DNA of 64,000 nt from Macrostomum lignano (taxonomy: Eukaryota): NCBI GenBank assembly GCA_002269645.1, contig NIVC01002305.1:1-64000 (forward strand). The letters are read 5' to 3'. Below, one piece after another: positions 34,388 through 46,160 of this stretch. Below the pieces are notes generated by a model. The model saw only the letters and a program-made list of their open reading frames with translations, was not told the origin of the DNA and ran no database searches. How positions within the stretch are numbered: the first letter of the stretch is position 1; each line of letters starts with the position of its first letter. The position numbers and the translations under genes are program-made.

Positions 34388-36844
34388 CGCAGACTTCTAG
34401 CCGGATCGAATGATTTATAATCATACTTTTTGTTGTTTTTCTTGACACTTATGAATATCTCTGTTATAAAACTGGAAAGCTATAGTATTCGTTTTAGTAT
34501 TATTAATTGATTCTAATTATTATTTTTTTAATTCAAAATATTTTTGCATGTAGAACGGCTTAAGTTGAGTTTTATTTCTTAACATAGCTGATCTGTGCTG
34601 GTGGATTTTGACAACCTAAGTTTGTAATAATCTACTCTAAATCAGATTGCTATACTTGTATTTACCATTACTGCGCTTGTAATAAATAATATGCGTTGGA
34701 ATGCATAATATTAATAATAATAATAGATTCTTTCTTCTTTATTCTCTTAGATCTATCTTTAGGGAGGTAGATCTATTCTCACCCTGTATCTCAGCTGTCT
34801 ATATGGATCTATTCTCACCCCGTATCTTAGCAATCAATCTATATCTATTCTCACTGTGTCTCAACAATAATCTCTGTTTAGTTTGTACTTGTATATTCTA
34901 ATAAAAATCCGCCCTTCTCTTAATAAAGTGACTAGCTAGATGACATATGAATGTACATCCGAGTAAACCGGTACTTATGTCTGTAATTAAAGCTTGTTGT
35001 TTTTCACACAGTTACTGTGGATCCGAGTGAAATATGATTTAGTCACAATTAATAATTGTTCATTTCTAATTGTCTATCATTCATTTAAACAAATATTTCT
35101 ATTATAGATGCTGTATAGAAATACCTGTGCGTAAGTCTCTGTTTTACAATGCCAAAGCTATTTGTGTTGGTCTCAAGTTATTCTTTCGTTTTCAAATGCC
35201 AAAGACCCCATTCTATGAATGGGTTGGTAATTTTTAACTAGCTCTTGTAGTAATGCATCCAGCCACTGTTTTATATTTGGTTGTCTAAGCGGATTTATTG
35301 TTTTATTATTCTCTAAACACGAATTCTCTGGCGGAAACTCACTTTACAATTTACATGGAATTGAGCCAATCAAATTCAAATGGAAATTACCGAGAAGAGT
35401 AATACATTTTTATTCTTGCAATAACTACCGTATTAAGCTATTTTGCCAACGAAAAAGTTTCGTAACAAAGAATAATATGATGAGCAATATTTTATGTACC
35501 TTCACTGCAATATACTGTTTTTGTATTATTTCAAATTCACCTTAAAACAGCGCATTGATTTGTGTGCTTCTGTAATTATTTAATTTTTGCGCCACTTTTG
35601 TTTCAATTATCGTCTATCTGTTTTTTTAATTACTTGAATCTAGACAAAAAAATTACTTTGAATTTTTCTCATTTTATTCTTGATTTACAGTTTTTGCTAA
35701 TGGCAAAATGACTGCACTCTCTCAGTAATGATTTAGCCTACTGTTTGAAACAGAAAATAGACAGACACAGGGCTGCCCTTAGCAACCATGCAGACTATTT
35801 TTACGGTTGCTAAATGTAAATTTCTCTGTCGTTGAAAACGCAGACATTTAGCGTATTGTCTTCAGACTGTTTCATTTTACCAAATAGCTAATGCCAATGG
35901 AAATGTTTTTGTATCTATTTTCTTTTTGGGTCATGAACTGTAGCTCGTATGACCCATTGCCGATTGCAATGAAAATTGCGTGCGCAATTATGCTCCGACT
36001 GTCAGTGGCAACGAACTGAAAATCGTGCATAGTGCATACTAGCTGGTGAATGTGGCGATAATATTATTAATGATTGCTTTTCGCTGTGAACTATGCGTAT
36101 TTGTGAGCAGAAATTATACAGCCATAAATCAATTAAATGGGAACTGTAGAAAAAATACATTTGGTTTGTTTTGTTGCAAATGGCTACGTGAATCCTATCA
36201 TCTTGCAGATGATTTGAAATCAACTAATCCGTTAGACATGAGTGTAGAGTTGCACATTGTGGGCGTTTCTCTGGCTATCAACTTGGAACCTGCGCTGTTG
36301 AACAAGCTGATTTATACGTGGTTTTGTTGCCAATGTATAAGAAAGTACGCGGTACGGTTGTACCTGCATGCCTTTATTACAATTTTCACTTGCGAAAAAT
36401 ACTGCAGTATGACCCTGTCAGAAATCTTAAGGTAAAAAACATAGATGAGCATATACATAGAATTTAAAGTATCTTTCACTTCAGTTCAGTGAGTTCAGTG
36501 AGTTCAGTTCAGTTCAATCTTTCACTTCAGTGAAAGAAGTTTTTCCATTCCTCACAAGGACGACGCTACGAGCTAAACTTTTATTATCACGAAAAACTTA
36601 TTCTATTTTATAACATACTTTTATAACAGAAAAACTAGTAGAAAACAGTATATTTATGTTAATTTTGATTTAAAACAAACTTAGTATGTATACGAGCTTT
36701 GAGAAAAATAATGCTTTGTTTAAACTACTAAAACTATAGTAATCAAATTTGACATGCTGCTCATTCAATACATTTTTTGTGGACCCATTCGCTATTGCAC
36801 GGGAGTCGAAGCTACATATGTAATAGTAGCTTATTTTTCAAATA

Positions 36845-39800
36845 ATGTCTAGAATTTCTTCCACTTACGGAAAGCAAGCGAATGACAGATCAGTTAAGTC
36901 TGCTTCCAAGATGTATGGAGGTAAGAAAAATACAAATATGCTGGTTACCGCGTTTGCTGCCCATTTACTACAACATTTAGATTAGATTTTGGATCATTGA
37001 TTAGTGGGATGCATCGAAGCTATAGAGTAAAAGTATATTTATTTGGAGCTGCTGTCTCCAGTTTTTAGTCTCAGTTGTGTTTGATAATAATAATGAGTAA
37101 ATTTAATTTCCCTTTGAAAGTTAAACAGTGTACAGTGAAAGTTTTTAAGTGAGCTTTAAAAATTGTTAATTATTTTATTTTTGTGTAGTAAAAATGAATT
37201 TTCCATTAATATCAAGTTTTTTATGTGATTTTCTCATAATTTTTTTACTGAACAAAAACATTTCTTTTGAATTTTATACTTTTTGCTGTGTTAAATTCCA
37301 GTTGAACTCCCTAGAAAACTGCAAAAAGGTGCAGAAGCAACAAAATATTTAGCGCAGAATGTTTAGCCCATGATTTTTCTATTTTTGTTATTTTAGGAAA
37401 CTACTTGACTGACAGTGGAAAATCTTTGACTCTCTCTGGCGAGCAACAGCTGAGAGGCTCCCAACAATTGACTAAGTCTGGAAAAAGGTATAAATGAATG
37501 TATTTCTTTGGTCTAATTCTAAGAATCTAGTTCTTTATTTCAGAATAACCATGTTAAATTCCGCATTTGATTTTCAATTTTAGCACAAAATCTTCATTCG
37601 CCGATTCGATTCGAACCAGCACTGGCGCCCTTGAACAAGAGTATATCAAGTCACTCCAGCAACAAGTCTATCTGCTGGAATTGGAAAACAATCATCTATA
37701 TCCTTCTTAATTGAAATTTCTATATTTTCTTTCATTTATAATTTATCAGACATTTTCATTTTAATGCTGCAAGAAAGCCTAAGATATTAAATAGCTAGGT
37801 TTATTAATTTTTGCTTCCTTGACCATTAACTTTTTTAGTAATCCTTTGTGTCAACAAATTTAATAAAATTGATTTAACCATTTCATCCATACATGTATTA
37901 AGAAACTCTGACTCTAACCAATAATCTAAATGAATAAGAAGTCAAAACTATAAATGTATATCGTTTATTTTATTTTCCCTTTGTTTCCAAGAAACAAATC
38001 AATCGGTTAAGATTTTCCTTGACGCAGCATTCTCCATAAAATTTGCCCCGACTGATACGCGGTCACAGGCTGTGAAAGCCACTGAGCTTCACCCGACGAT
38101 GGCTGCCGAGGCGGAGAAAATGTTGCGCGAATTGAAAGCTCTGCAAGCCAAGGTCGACGCGCTTCAATTGGAGAATTTTCGAAAAGAAGGCGCCGCTGAA
38201 GTCCTTCACCAAAAGGTGCGTAAATAAAAACTAAAGGCGCCCGACACCGTAAACAAATGTGGGTATTAGTCATTGGTTCGTGAGCGTTCCCCAAATTAGG
38301 ATGAAAGTGCTTGGTAAATATAAATTGTTACACCACTGTTAAAATGGTGTCTCTTCCGGATGATCCAAAATTAAACGTAGTTATTAAACGTAAGCCGCCA
38401 AAATCCCAACCAACTCTCAGGTGAACGGACTCACCCAGAAGCTGGCCCAGTACGAGGCCAGCCACAGCGAGGAGCGGGAACGATTCGACAAGGACAGCGC
38501 CGAAGCCCGCCGGGAGAGGGACATGTACCAGAGAGACGTGGGCCGACTGCAGATGCGACTCGGCGAGCTGCAAGAAGACTTCGATCACAAGCTGTCCGAT
38601 CTGAAAGCGTCCGAGACTAAAGTGGCCACATTAAGAGGTGAGCAACTTTATATCCATTTTCGCCCATCTGCTTGTACAATCTTGACCAAAGTCATACTGA
38701 TTGATACGTGACCCGCATGGGGCAGAGCAGTTCAGCGCCTTGTCAAGCGACTGTCCCCCAGTATGAGTGCCTGCGGCGCCAAGTATGAGTGCCTGCGGCG
38801 CCAAGTATGAGTGCCTGCGGCGCCAAGATGAGTGCCTGCGGCGCCAAGATGAGTGCCTGCGGCGCCAAGATGAGTGCCTGCGGCGCCAAGTATGAGTGCC
38901 TTCAGCGCCTAAAAGAGTACCAGCGGCGCCAAATGAGCGCTGACAACACACCGATGCTGGAAATAATGTACATGTAAATGTATAATTCTTGGCTTGTCCC
39001 CCACCACCATAAAATCCAAGGCGACATCCCTGCTGGCCACATTACTATCGCAGATTACCCGCAGCCTAGTGCATGACTCATACTTCTATTTTTATTCTCC
39101 ATTGCGATGCAATTTGCTCAGATTCCGAAAGCAACTCAAAGGCTCAAAGTACCATCAATTTTATCAGCGGTAATGTTGACTATTTATTCATTTATTTATT
39201 GCCACACATTTTTGTTTATCCTGTTGTAAGCACGTGAAAAAATGTTTTGCTATACATTTTTTGTTGTTGTTGTATCTAACAATTACGACTCTACCTATAG
39301 TATACAGAAATCCCACGAAATAGACGTGTAGTTGTTATTTCCTATTTGGTGAAGGTAAAATGATCCAGAAAAATTTATTATTTGTTTAAACTATTTGTGT
39401 TAATTATCTCTATATCTATACACAATGACTTACATTGGTGTCTATCATTTGTTATACTGCACTTAAACCTCTTATTTGCCTTTCGTAGCTTTTATCCTTT
39501 TAAATGTATACCCGAAATTTATAGTGTTTTTTGGAACTACTGCTATTATTGTAGTAGGCTTCTATTGTATGTTACTGTATTTTTGTTTGTAAACGGGGTG
39601 CTAGCTTAGCGCTGAACACCTCTGCCTATAGGATCTCCGAATCCTGGTGGGTGAAACTAGCAGGGTACCAACTTCTGGGGCCTTCCAGGTGGCCCTTTAT
39701 GATCACCAGCCTTCCAGGGGGTCGATTTACAATTGCTGTCAGCACAAGTCAGATCACCCAGCACAATGGCAGCTCTAAGCAGCTAGGAGTGCAATCATCT

Positions 39801-41914
39801 TCCTGAAGTATGAGAAGCTCAGCCAAAAACGCAAAATCATCAGGCAGGCCGCCCCCAGGACACACTAGCACCCTCCGGGTACACCCACGATCTTAATGAG
39901 ACCGGCCGTACTGAACATCATGTACACTTCGGACTGCTATGGATGTTTAATTTATGTAATAACTTGCAACGTTTGTTTTTACTATAGCTGACGTGGAATA
40001 GAGACCCAGAAACAGCCATGTTTTACTGTTAACAATTACCAGTTATCTTATTCAGTAGCCATATATCATTCTGAGCTGACCGTTCAACCATCTCACTCAA
40101 GGCCAGCTCGAGGCGGCTCTGGACAAACTGGCTGCGGCGGACTCGGCACTGACCGAGGAGCGAGCTCAAACTGCTCGGCTTGAGGCTCGAGTCCGAGTAC
40201 TCGAAGTCGAACTAGCTAGCACCAATACGAAAGGTTTGGAACGAAATATTCGCGAACTACGAGACGAGAATTTGGCTTTAAAAGAACGACTCCGCCGGGA
40301 GCAGAGTAAAGCTCACGAAGAGACGCTTCTGCGCAGCAAGACGTTTGAAGAGACGTCGGCCCTGGTGAAGCAGAATGCCGCTTTGGAGCAGAAAGTGGTG
40401 GAGCTGGAGCGCCAGATTGAGGCGGAAAGGGACAAGTCGCATCAGTGGGCGGGACACGCGAGTGTCGAATCCGATGAGCTGGTGCGGCTCAGAGAGCGAG
40501 AAAAGACGCTTGAATATCAGGTTTGTAGCCTGTCTGAGTTCTGATTGGACGAAAAGCTCAAGTATGTAATTGGGGGAAGAGTTTGGGGTGGGTGGAGCAA
40601 GCTGATTGGGGGAAGGAGTTTGGGGTGAGTGGAGCCAGCTGATTGGGGGAAGGAGTTTGGGGTGGGTGGAGCCAGCTGATTGGGGGAAGGAGTTTGGGGT
40701 GGGTGGAGCCAGCTGATTGGGGGAAGGAGTTTGGGGTGGGTGGAGCCAGCTGATTGGGGGAAGGAGTTTGGGGTGGGTGGAGCCAGCTGATTGGGGAGGA
40801 GGTTCAGGGTGGTGGGTGAGAGCCCGCTCTAATTGAGGGAAAGGGCTTGGGGTGGGTTTCAGCCAACTAAGGATAATACTAAAGCTGTTGACTTGGCTTT
40901 ATCTTTCACATTTTTGCATTTACAACAACAAATTTTTGCGTTAAGCTTACTAAAAGTAGTGCGTACTGTAAAGCGCATCGTTAGTATAACCTTCAAACGA
41001 TATTTACTATTCAGGTGTCCAGCGGTGTAGAAGAGGTGGCCAAGCTGCGTCTAAAAGTGCAACAGCTCACCCAGCAACTCAACGAAGCTTCCGAGACCAA
41101 GGACGCCGGCACCATCGACTTGACCGTCGCTCGGCGTCGCCTAGAAGAGGCCGAGAACTCTCAGGCCAGCTTGTCGGACCAGCTGAGCAGATTGCAGCGG
41201 GACAAAGCCGAACTGGTTGCCCACGTTGACAGCCTTCAACAGGAGCTGATGAAGCGGGAGTCTGAGAAGGATGGATTGGCGAGGGCGCTGGATCGGGCGG
41301 AGCTGAGACTCAACGAATTGCAGGGCGAGGTGACTCGGCTGCAGCAGCTACAGGTTAGATAGGGTTTGCTTACCTGTTAGAGTTGGGTTTGCTTACCTGT
41401 TAGATTTGGGTTTTCTTACCTGTTAGATTTGGATTTGCTTACCTGTTAGATAGGGTTTGCTTACCTGTTAGAGAATTTTTATTACACCTGCCCAAATGGG
41501 CAGATGTGCAACCGACAGCTCAGCCGCAGCTATTGCGTGGCGCATCTGAAGGCTGCGTACGGCTGTTCAGTCCAAGGACTGGGAGGGGGGTGCCAAACAC
41601 ACCCTCAGTTACCCTAGCAATGCTGGCACCCATTTTACAGATTGATCTGAATGGTCGAGAATCGAACCCCCGACCTTTCAGCCATAAGTCTGACAACTCG
41701 ATTTAGCTTGACTACCTCATACCTGTTGGGTCAGGTTGGGTCAGTTTCAGGTATGTCAGGTTGTGTTTGCCAAGAGCAACACCACAGCAATCCTCCCACC
41801 TGATATCTGTTCTGTACAACTTTGCAGGCTACCCGCTGGTCGGAGGTGGAGAAAATGGCCGACACGCTTCGCTCTGCCGCCCACTCCAATTCTGTCCTGT
41901 TCGATAGCTATTAG
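36845..41914 (+). CDS. Uncharacterised ~500-aa coiled-coil protein
   Basis: Exons 36845-36920, 37397-37487, 37584-37697, 38059-38215, 38421-38637, 40102-40520, 41015-41353, 41828-41914; all phases concordant; heptad-rich E/K/R/Q/L sequence, e.g. EYIKSLQQQVYLLELENNHLRSQAVKATELHP. Confidence 0.8.
37698..38058 (+). other. U12-type AT-AC intron in the coiled-coil gene
   Basis: Donor ATATCCTTC at 37698, TTCCTTGAC at 38015-38023 (second copy at 37815-37823), AC acceptors at 38051-52 or 38057-58. Splicing restores the frame. Confidence 0.82.
38752..39032. mobile_element. Second copy of the same MITE family carrying an expanded 21-22-bp minisatellite
   Basis: Shares ACACCGAT.CTG.AAAT.ATGTACATGT...AATTCTTGGCTT.GTCCCCC...CCAT.AAATCCA.GGCGAC..CCCTG with 47955-48040; unit ATGAGTGCCTGCGGCGCCAAG(T). 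Confidence 0.6.
40570..40800. repeat. 37-bp G-rich minisatellite, intronic
   Basis: GGGGAAGGAGTTTGGGGTGGGTGGAGCCAGCTGATTG; four G-runs per unit. Confidence 0.92.
41354..41470. repeat. 22-bp minisatellite starting at a splice donor
   Basis: GTTAGATAGGGTTTGCTTACCT, about 5 units; the first unit begins with the donor GT. Confidence 0.85.
41476..41716 (-). mobile_element. tRNA-derived SINE, copy 3 (internal deletion)
   Basis: Body nearly identical to 12974-13130; the segment around CAAGGACAC is missing; lies in the last intron of the coiled-coil gene. Confidence 0.72.
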
Positions 41915-43622
41915 CTAATGGATATCTCCTTTGATAATGGAGAACTTTTTCTTAGAAAAAGAAACTATTTTTGCATCGTCTTCCATAAAACAGTTTTACT
42001 GTGCGCAACTCGATAATTAGTGATGGCTAAGAGGAGGATTTAACGCGTCCAAGTTTGAGCATTTTATTGAAGGCCTGCAGAGTTTTTGTCTGGCTTTAAT
42101 ATTAAGTTTTAACTTAAGTAACCAAACGTCTCTACACATTGCGAAGTGTACAGAGAATCAACCGCCATAAACAGTACGAAACCGTGGACCACCAAACCGC
42201 TTTAGCGTGAATGTTTTCAGTAACAGAGGTCAAATATTGGTGCTGCAAAAATCTCCCCCTTCCCATTCTGTCCCAAATGCAAAGACAAAAACGAGCATAT
42301 TCCCGTAGTAATTGAAAAATCACACGCTGATCTGTACTCATAACTTCAATGCTCAACATCCTCCTTACACTACACTTGTGTACTTCGAATTTGTAACTTA
42401 ATAGTTCGTTTTTACTCGTGGCAAATTTTAAATTTTACTTTTAGTTAAAACAAAAATGTGTAATTTTTTTGGCACGCACACAAAGTTTTTGCTTTCCGAA
42501 TAAAGGTTGATCCTTGAATGTTTGTGTTTTTCTCAACCATTGTACTATACTTCAGCTCATGGAAATCGAAAGTAGCTTTTTCACAGAAAAGAATCATCCT
42601 GAGATTGGAATGCGTTTGCACCAATCTATCCATTTATTACCTAATTTTGTTAGCTTTCTGTGTTAGCCAATATTCTAATGCTACCAATATTTTTATTACG
42701 AATTACCGTAGCATACAAAATGATTGTTTTTTTTGAGCTGGCTTCAAAAGTTTGTCAATAGATTATTTTTTCTCCCTTGTTAACAATTAGCATATTATTA
42801 TTTAGTGCTTAATGCGGTGTTTCATTTCCAATACAGAGGCTTACGAAACAGATATTTGCTGCACTAAATGTGTCGCGTTTTTGAAATTTATATCTTTCCC
42901 AGAAAAGCATGTGATAAATTTTCTGGGTTATTTTTACTTGATTTTTAATTATAAACTGTGCCTCTTCAAAGTACATGTTGTAGTTTTAGTATAGTATTAT
43001 ATAATGGATGGGACTGGACCTCCTCAAACCACATGTAGTTTTCAGTGCCTTGGTGACATGCACTTTAAAAATCGAGCTTAACCTATTTAACTAACTACTT
43101 CAGCTCTGGTTAAGAAGTTACTTTCTCAAGTTCAAGGTCTTTCAAATCGTATATTCAACAGATTTCTAAATGGAAACGAATTCGGAAAACAACGCGCCCA
43201 AACTTTCGAAACCATCGCCGCCACGTGCTCTGCTTGATAAGCGTTCGCAGTCTCTCTGTGCATTTTTCTCTCCCCCCCCCTGTCTCTCAGCCTCTGTAAC
43301 CATAAGCCTCAAACCTTAACCCTGAGACGAAAGCTTTCACAGTGCACTGGAGGAGACACTCGCTATGCGTGAGAGCATAGACTCTGATAAACAATTAAGA
43401 CTTAGGAAAATTAGCTCTGCGTGTTTCCGTCTTATTCTTCTAAAATTGTCATATTGAAGTATTGAGTTGGCTGGGTGCTCAAGCTTGCTAAACGCCTCTA
43501 TAAAAATTGAAGCAAGAGAGGCGAGGAGTCCGTCTGTCTATATAAGCATACGAAACTACACAGACAAGTTGAACCATAGCCAAATTCAGGATTAAATTCA
43601 TACGCATTATACGCAAATCACC

Positions 43623-44707
43623 ATGAGGATGCCAACAGTCGTTATTTTGGTTGGCATGGCAACTGTCTTTAGCATAGTCGGAGCCATGCAACACCAATTC
43701 GAAGACGGACCAGAGGAGTCGGTGGACGATTTGAGCACAAATATGCTCAGCGACGAGGTTCTTGAAAATGGAGTAGACGATTCCAGCATTGATGAAGTGA
43801 GATTACATATTGTAGCCTAATTATTGAATAAAACACTTCTGACACGCAAGCTCCTCTCAAAGCACCGATCACTTCTGATTCGCAAAGCTCTTCTCAAAGC
43901 ACCGATCACTTCTGATTCGCAAAGCTCTTCTCAAAGCACCGATCACTTCTGATTCACAAGCTCTTCTCAAAGCACCGATCACTTCTGATTCACAAGCTCT
44001 TCTCAAAGCACCGATCACTTCTGATTCGCAAGCTCTTCTCAAAGCACCGATCACTTCTGATTCGCGAAGCTCTTCTCAAAGCACCGATCACTTCTGATTC
44101 GCAAGCTCTTCTCAAAGCACCGATCACTTCTGATTCGCGAAGCTCTTCTCAAAGCACCGATCACTTCTGATTCGCGAAGCTCTTCTCAAAGCACCGATCA
44201 CTTCTGATTCGCAAGCTCCTCTCAAAGCACCGATCACTTCTGATTCGCAAGCTCCTCTCAAAGCACCGATCACTTCTGATTCGCAAGCTCTTCTCAAAGC
44301 ACCGATCACTTCTGATTCGCAAAGCTCCTCTCAAAGCACCGATCACTTCTGATTCGCAAAGCTCCTCTCAAAGCACCGATCACTTTTGACACGCAAGCTC
44401 TTCTCAGAAACACCTCACTTCGGACTTTTGAATTGTCAAAAACCCTAAGATTCTTTCTAAACCTCAAAACCCTCTCCCACACTCGCAGGCGCTCGACCAG
44501 CGTACGAAATCGTCGCCCTGCTTTCGCCAGAGCATCTACAACAGAATCGCCAGCCCAGAGGCGAAGATGGCCTACAGGCGCACCTTCGGCCCGTGCCCGA
44601 CCGCCGCCGCGCGGAATCCGAGCTGCTTTCGAATGCAGCAGTATTTGGGATTTAGTAGATGGGCCGACAAGGCCGCTTATCGCAAAACGCACACGCAGTA
44701 CTGCTAA
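43623..44707 (+). CDS. Secreted 130-aa precursor: signal peptide, acidic propeptide, cationic domain with two Cys-bounded repeats
   Basis: Exon 1 43623-43796 (donor GAA|GTGAGA), exon 2 44489-44707 (acceptor ctcccacactcgcag|), phase 0, open to TAA. Exon 2 = ALDQRTKSSPCFRQSIYNRIASPEAKMAYRRTFGPCPTAAARNPSCFRMQQYLGFSRWADKAAYRKTHTQYC. Confidence 0.75.
43840..44407. repeat. 36-38-bp minisatellite in the intron of the secreted-peptide gene
   Basis: GCTCTTCTCAAAGCACCGATCACTTCTGATTCGCAA. Confidence 0.95.
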
Positions 44708-44997
44708 GCAATTGATTTTTTAAACGTTCAAATGCGCCCTGTTTGGATCCAATTTCTGCGGTAAAAGTTTGACAATTCAGCATTAGACTGTCTTCAGTAC
44801 TCGTAAACACGCTATCAAACAGTTGTCGGGGTTTCGAACTCATTTACCAGACAATATACTGTATATAATACAAGCGTATTCGATACACACTATTCAAAAT
44901 TAATCGTATATATTTACCAAAAAATACACCACGATGGAGGCTAAAAATTGTCATTTTGGTTTTGGTCATCACAAATAAAATCTGACTTTTGGGCCTT

Positions 44998-45178
<181 letters not shown>

Positions 45179-45525
45179 AACCTTGGAGGCCATAATATGC
45201 ATTCGGGTTCCTCATGGCTTTGCAGATGATAAATCAATGTGCGGAATTTGCTTATTTTATTTGGTTGAGCTACGAGTATTGGACAAAAATGATGCAAAAT
45301 GCATGTACTTTTACATGAATGTGTTAGAAGTATATTTTACACATTCTTTTTCGTTGCAGTTGTAAGGTTACATGGTTGAGAAATTTTACATACCATATTT
45401 GCCAGTAATTTTTTGTATAATTTTAATTACCTTTATTTTTACGTATAGATTAAATCTTTCGCCAAAGGAATAATGCATGCAAAGCAATATACTACTCCTG
45501 TTTTTGGAGTCTGCATGTCATGAGG

Positions 45526-46056
45526 TTAGTTGTCTCCGAATTGCTTGTCTGATTCATCAACAATCTGGCACTGGTCTTCCGCAGTATCGGCGGTCGCCTT
45601 GGCAACCATGTCAATTTCGGCAGCCGTGACGCTAGCAGCGTCGCAACATTTCTGTTTTAACACCGCCGATGCGCTTGTTGCAGACTTATGCTTTTGCAGG
45701 CGTTGCTTCTTTTGGAATTTGATTCGTTGCAACTGTTGCTGCTGCTGCTGCTTCAGTAGCCTGTCATTTCGTCGCTGCACAATGCGACTCATGTCGATCA
45801 TCTCGCAGTCTTTCTTCATATTAGCATTGGCAGCCGATTGCGCCTCTTTGCCGCTGACGTCCTTCTCGGCGTCGTTGCTGGAATTTCCGCTGCCGGAATT
45901 GTTTCCCGCCGGGTTCGGGTAGTGCGGAGGCGGCAGGTTCTCGGAGCAGCGGACGCTTTTCCGGTGTCGCGTCGCTAATAGAGTGACCAGCAGGGCTGCA
46001 GACAGCATGGATAGAATGGTCAGCGCGCCTGCTAGGGTTATGATGAGTGGCTCCAT
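45526..46056 (-). CDS. Small single-pass membrane protein with poly-Q/basic cytoplasmic tail (orphan; possibly the last exon of a larger gene)
   Basis: ORF MEPLIITLAGALTILSMLSAALLVTLLATRHRK: hydrophobic helix followed by basic residues; GC-rich coding-like composition; acceptor-like ctctgctatag 11 nt upstream of the ATG. Confidence 0.55.
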   Translation of the reverse strand: MEPLIITLAGALTILSMLSAALLVTLLATRHRKSVRCSENLPPPHYPNPAGNNSGSGNSSNDAEKDVSGKEAQSAANANMKKDCEMIDMSRIVQRRNDRLLKQQQQQQLQRIKFQKKQRLQKHKSATSASAVLKQKCCDAASVTAAEIDMVAKATADTAEDQCQIVDESDKQFGDN

Positions 46057-46160
46057 AAGGACAGCGGCTATAGCAGAGTTGGGTAAAATTGGTTTCAATT
46101 GCCGCCGCTATAGAAATATTATATCTATGTTTTTTATTTGCGTAACGTTTTTGGCCAAAG

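Noticed and set aside
44433-44723. 96-aa ORF in the supplied track
   Set aside because: Wrong frame; the overlapping frame from acceptor 44489 matches the phase of exon 1 and gives a coherent Cys-repeat peptide.
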